Assembly (NCBI RefSeq): GCF_001194135.2
Contig: NC_068998.1
Span: 51,686,981 to 51,750,980, forward strand
DNA length: 64,000 bases
Direction: 5' to 3'
From: Octopus bimaculoides
Lineage: Eukaryota
Shown piece by piece: positions 63,976-64,000 of the stretch (position 1 is the first letter of the stretch; each line of letters starts with the position of its first letter). The notes beneath the pieces were generated by a model. It had not been told where the DNA came from. It saw only the letters and a list, made by a program, of their open reading frames with translations, and did not search any database. Made by a program: the position numbers and the translations under genes.

Positions 63976-64000
63976 TTAATGCTGTCAGTGTGTCTAAAAA

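Overview
AT-rich animal (eukaryotic) genomic DNA from a gapped short-read scaffold with three N-runs. The repeat families and microsatellite load point to an Octopus-type coleoid cephalopod; this is inferred from remembered repeat families, not from a search. Most of the window is intergenic or intronic: at least four tRNA-headed or related SINE families, TTAA-flanked MITEs, a Helentron-type non-autonomous element, decayed Penelope-like (PLE) reverse transcriptase and Tc1/mariner remnants, and many microsatellites. Only one coding exon is convincing: 44215-45119 (+), a Ser-rich N-terminal exon resembling the rdgA / type IV (zeta/iota) diacylglycerol kinase N-terminus. It sits in a repeat-free island, and no further exons of this gene were identified. 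The most striking signal is four hammerhead-ribozyme (HHR) motifs from three unrelated sequence families (4408-4452, 4718-4763, 24076-24146, 58625-58676). Two of them lie in a TSD-flanked fold-back insertion of a tRNA-headed SINE, i.e. a Pol III SINE carrying a PLE-type minimal hammerhead. Nearly all other listed ORFs are microsatellite, SINE or N-run artefacts. No rRNA, true tRNA or CRISPR array was seen. Repeat boundaries were read by eye (about +/-20 bp).
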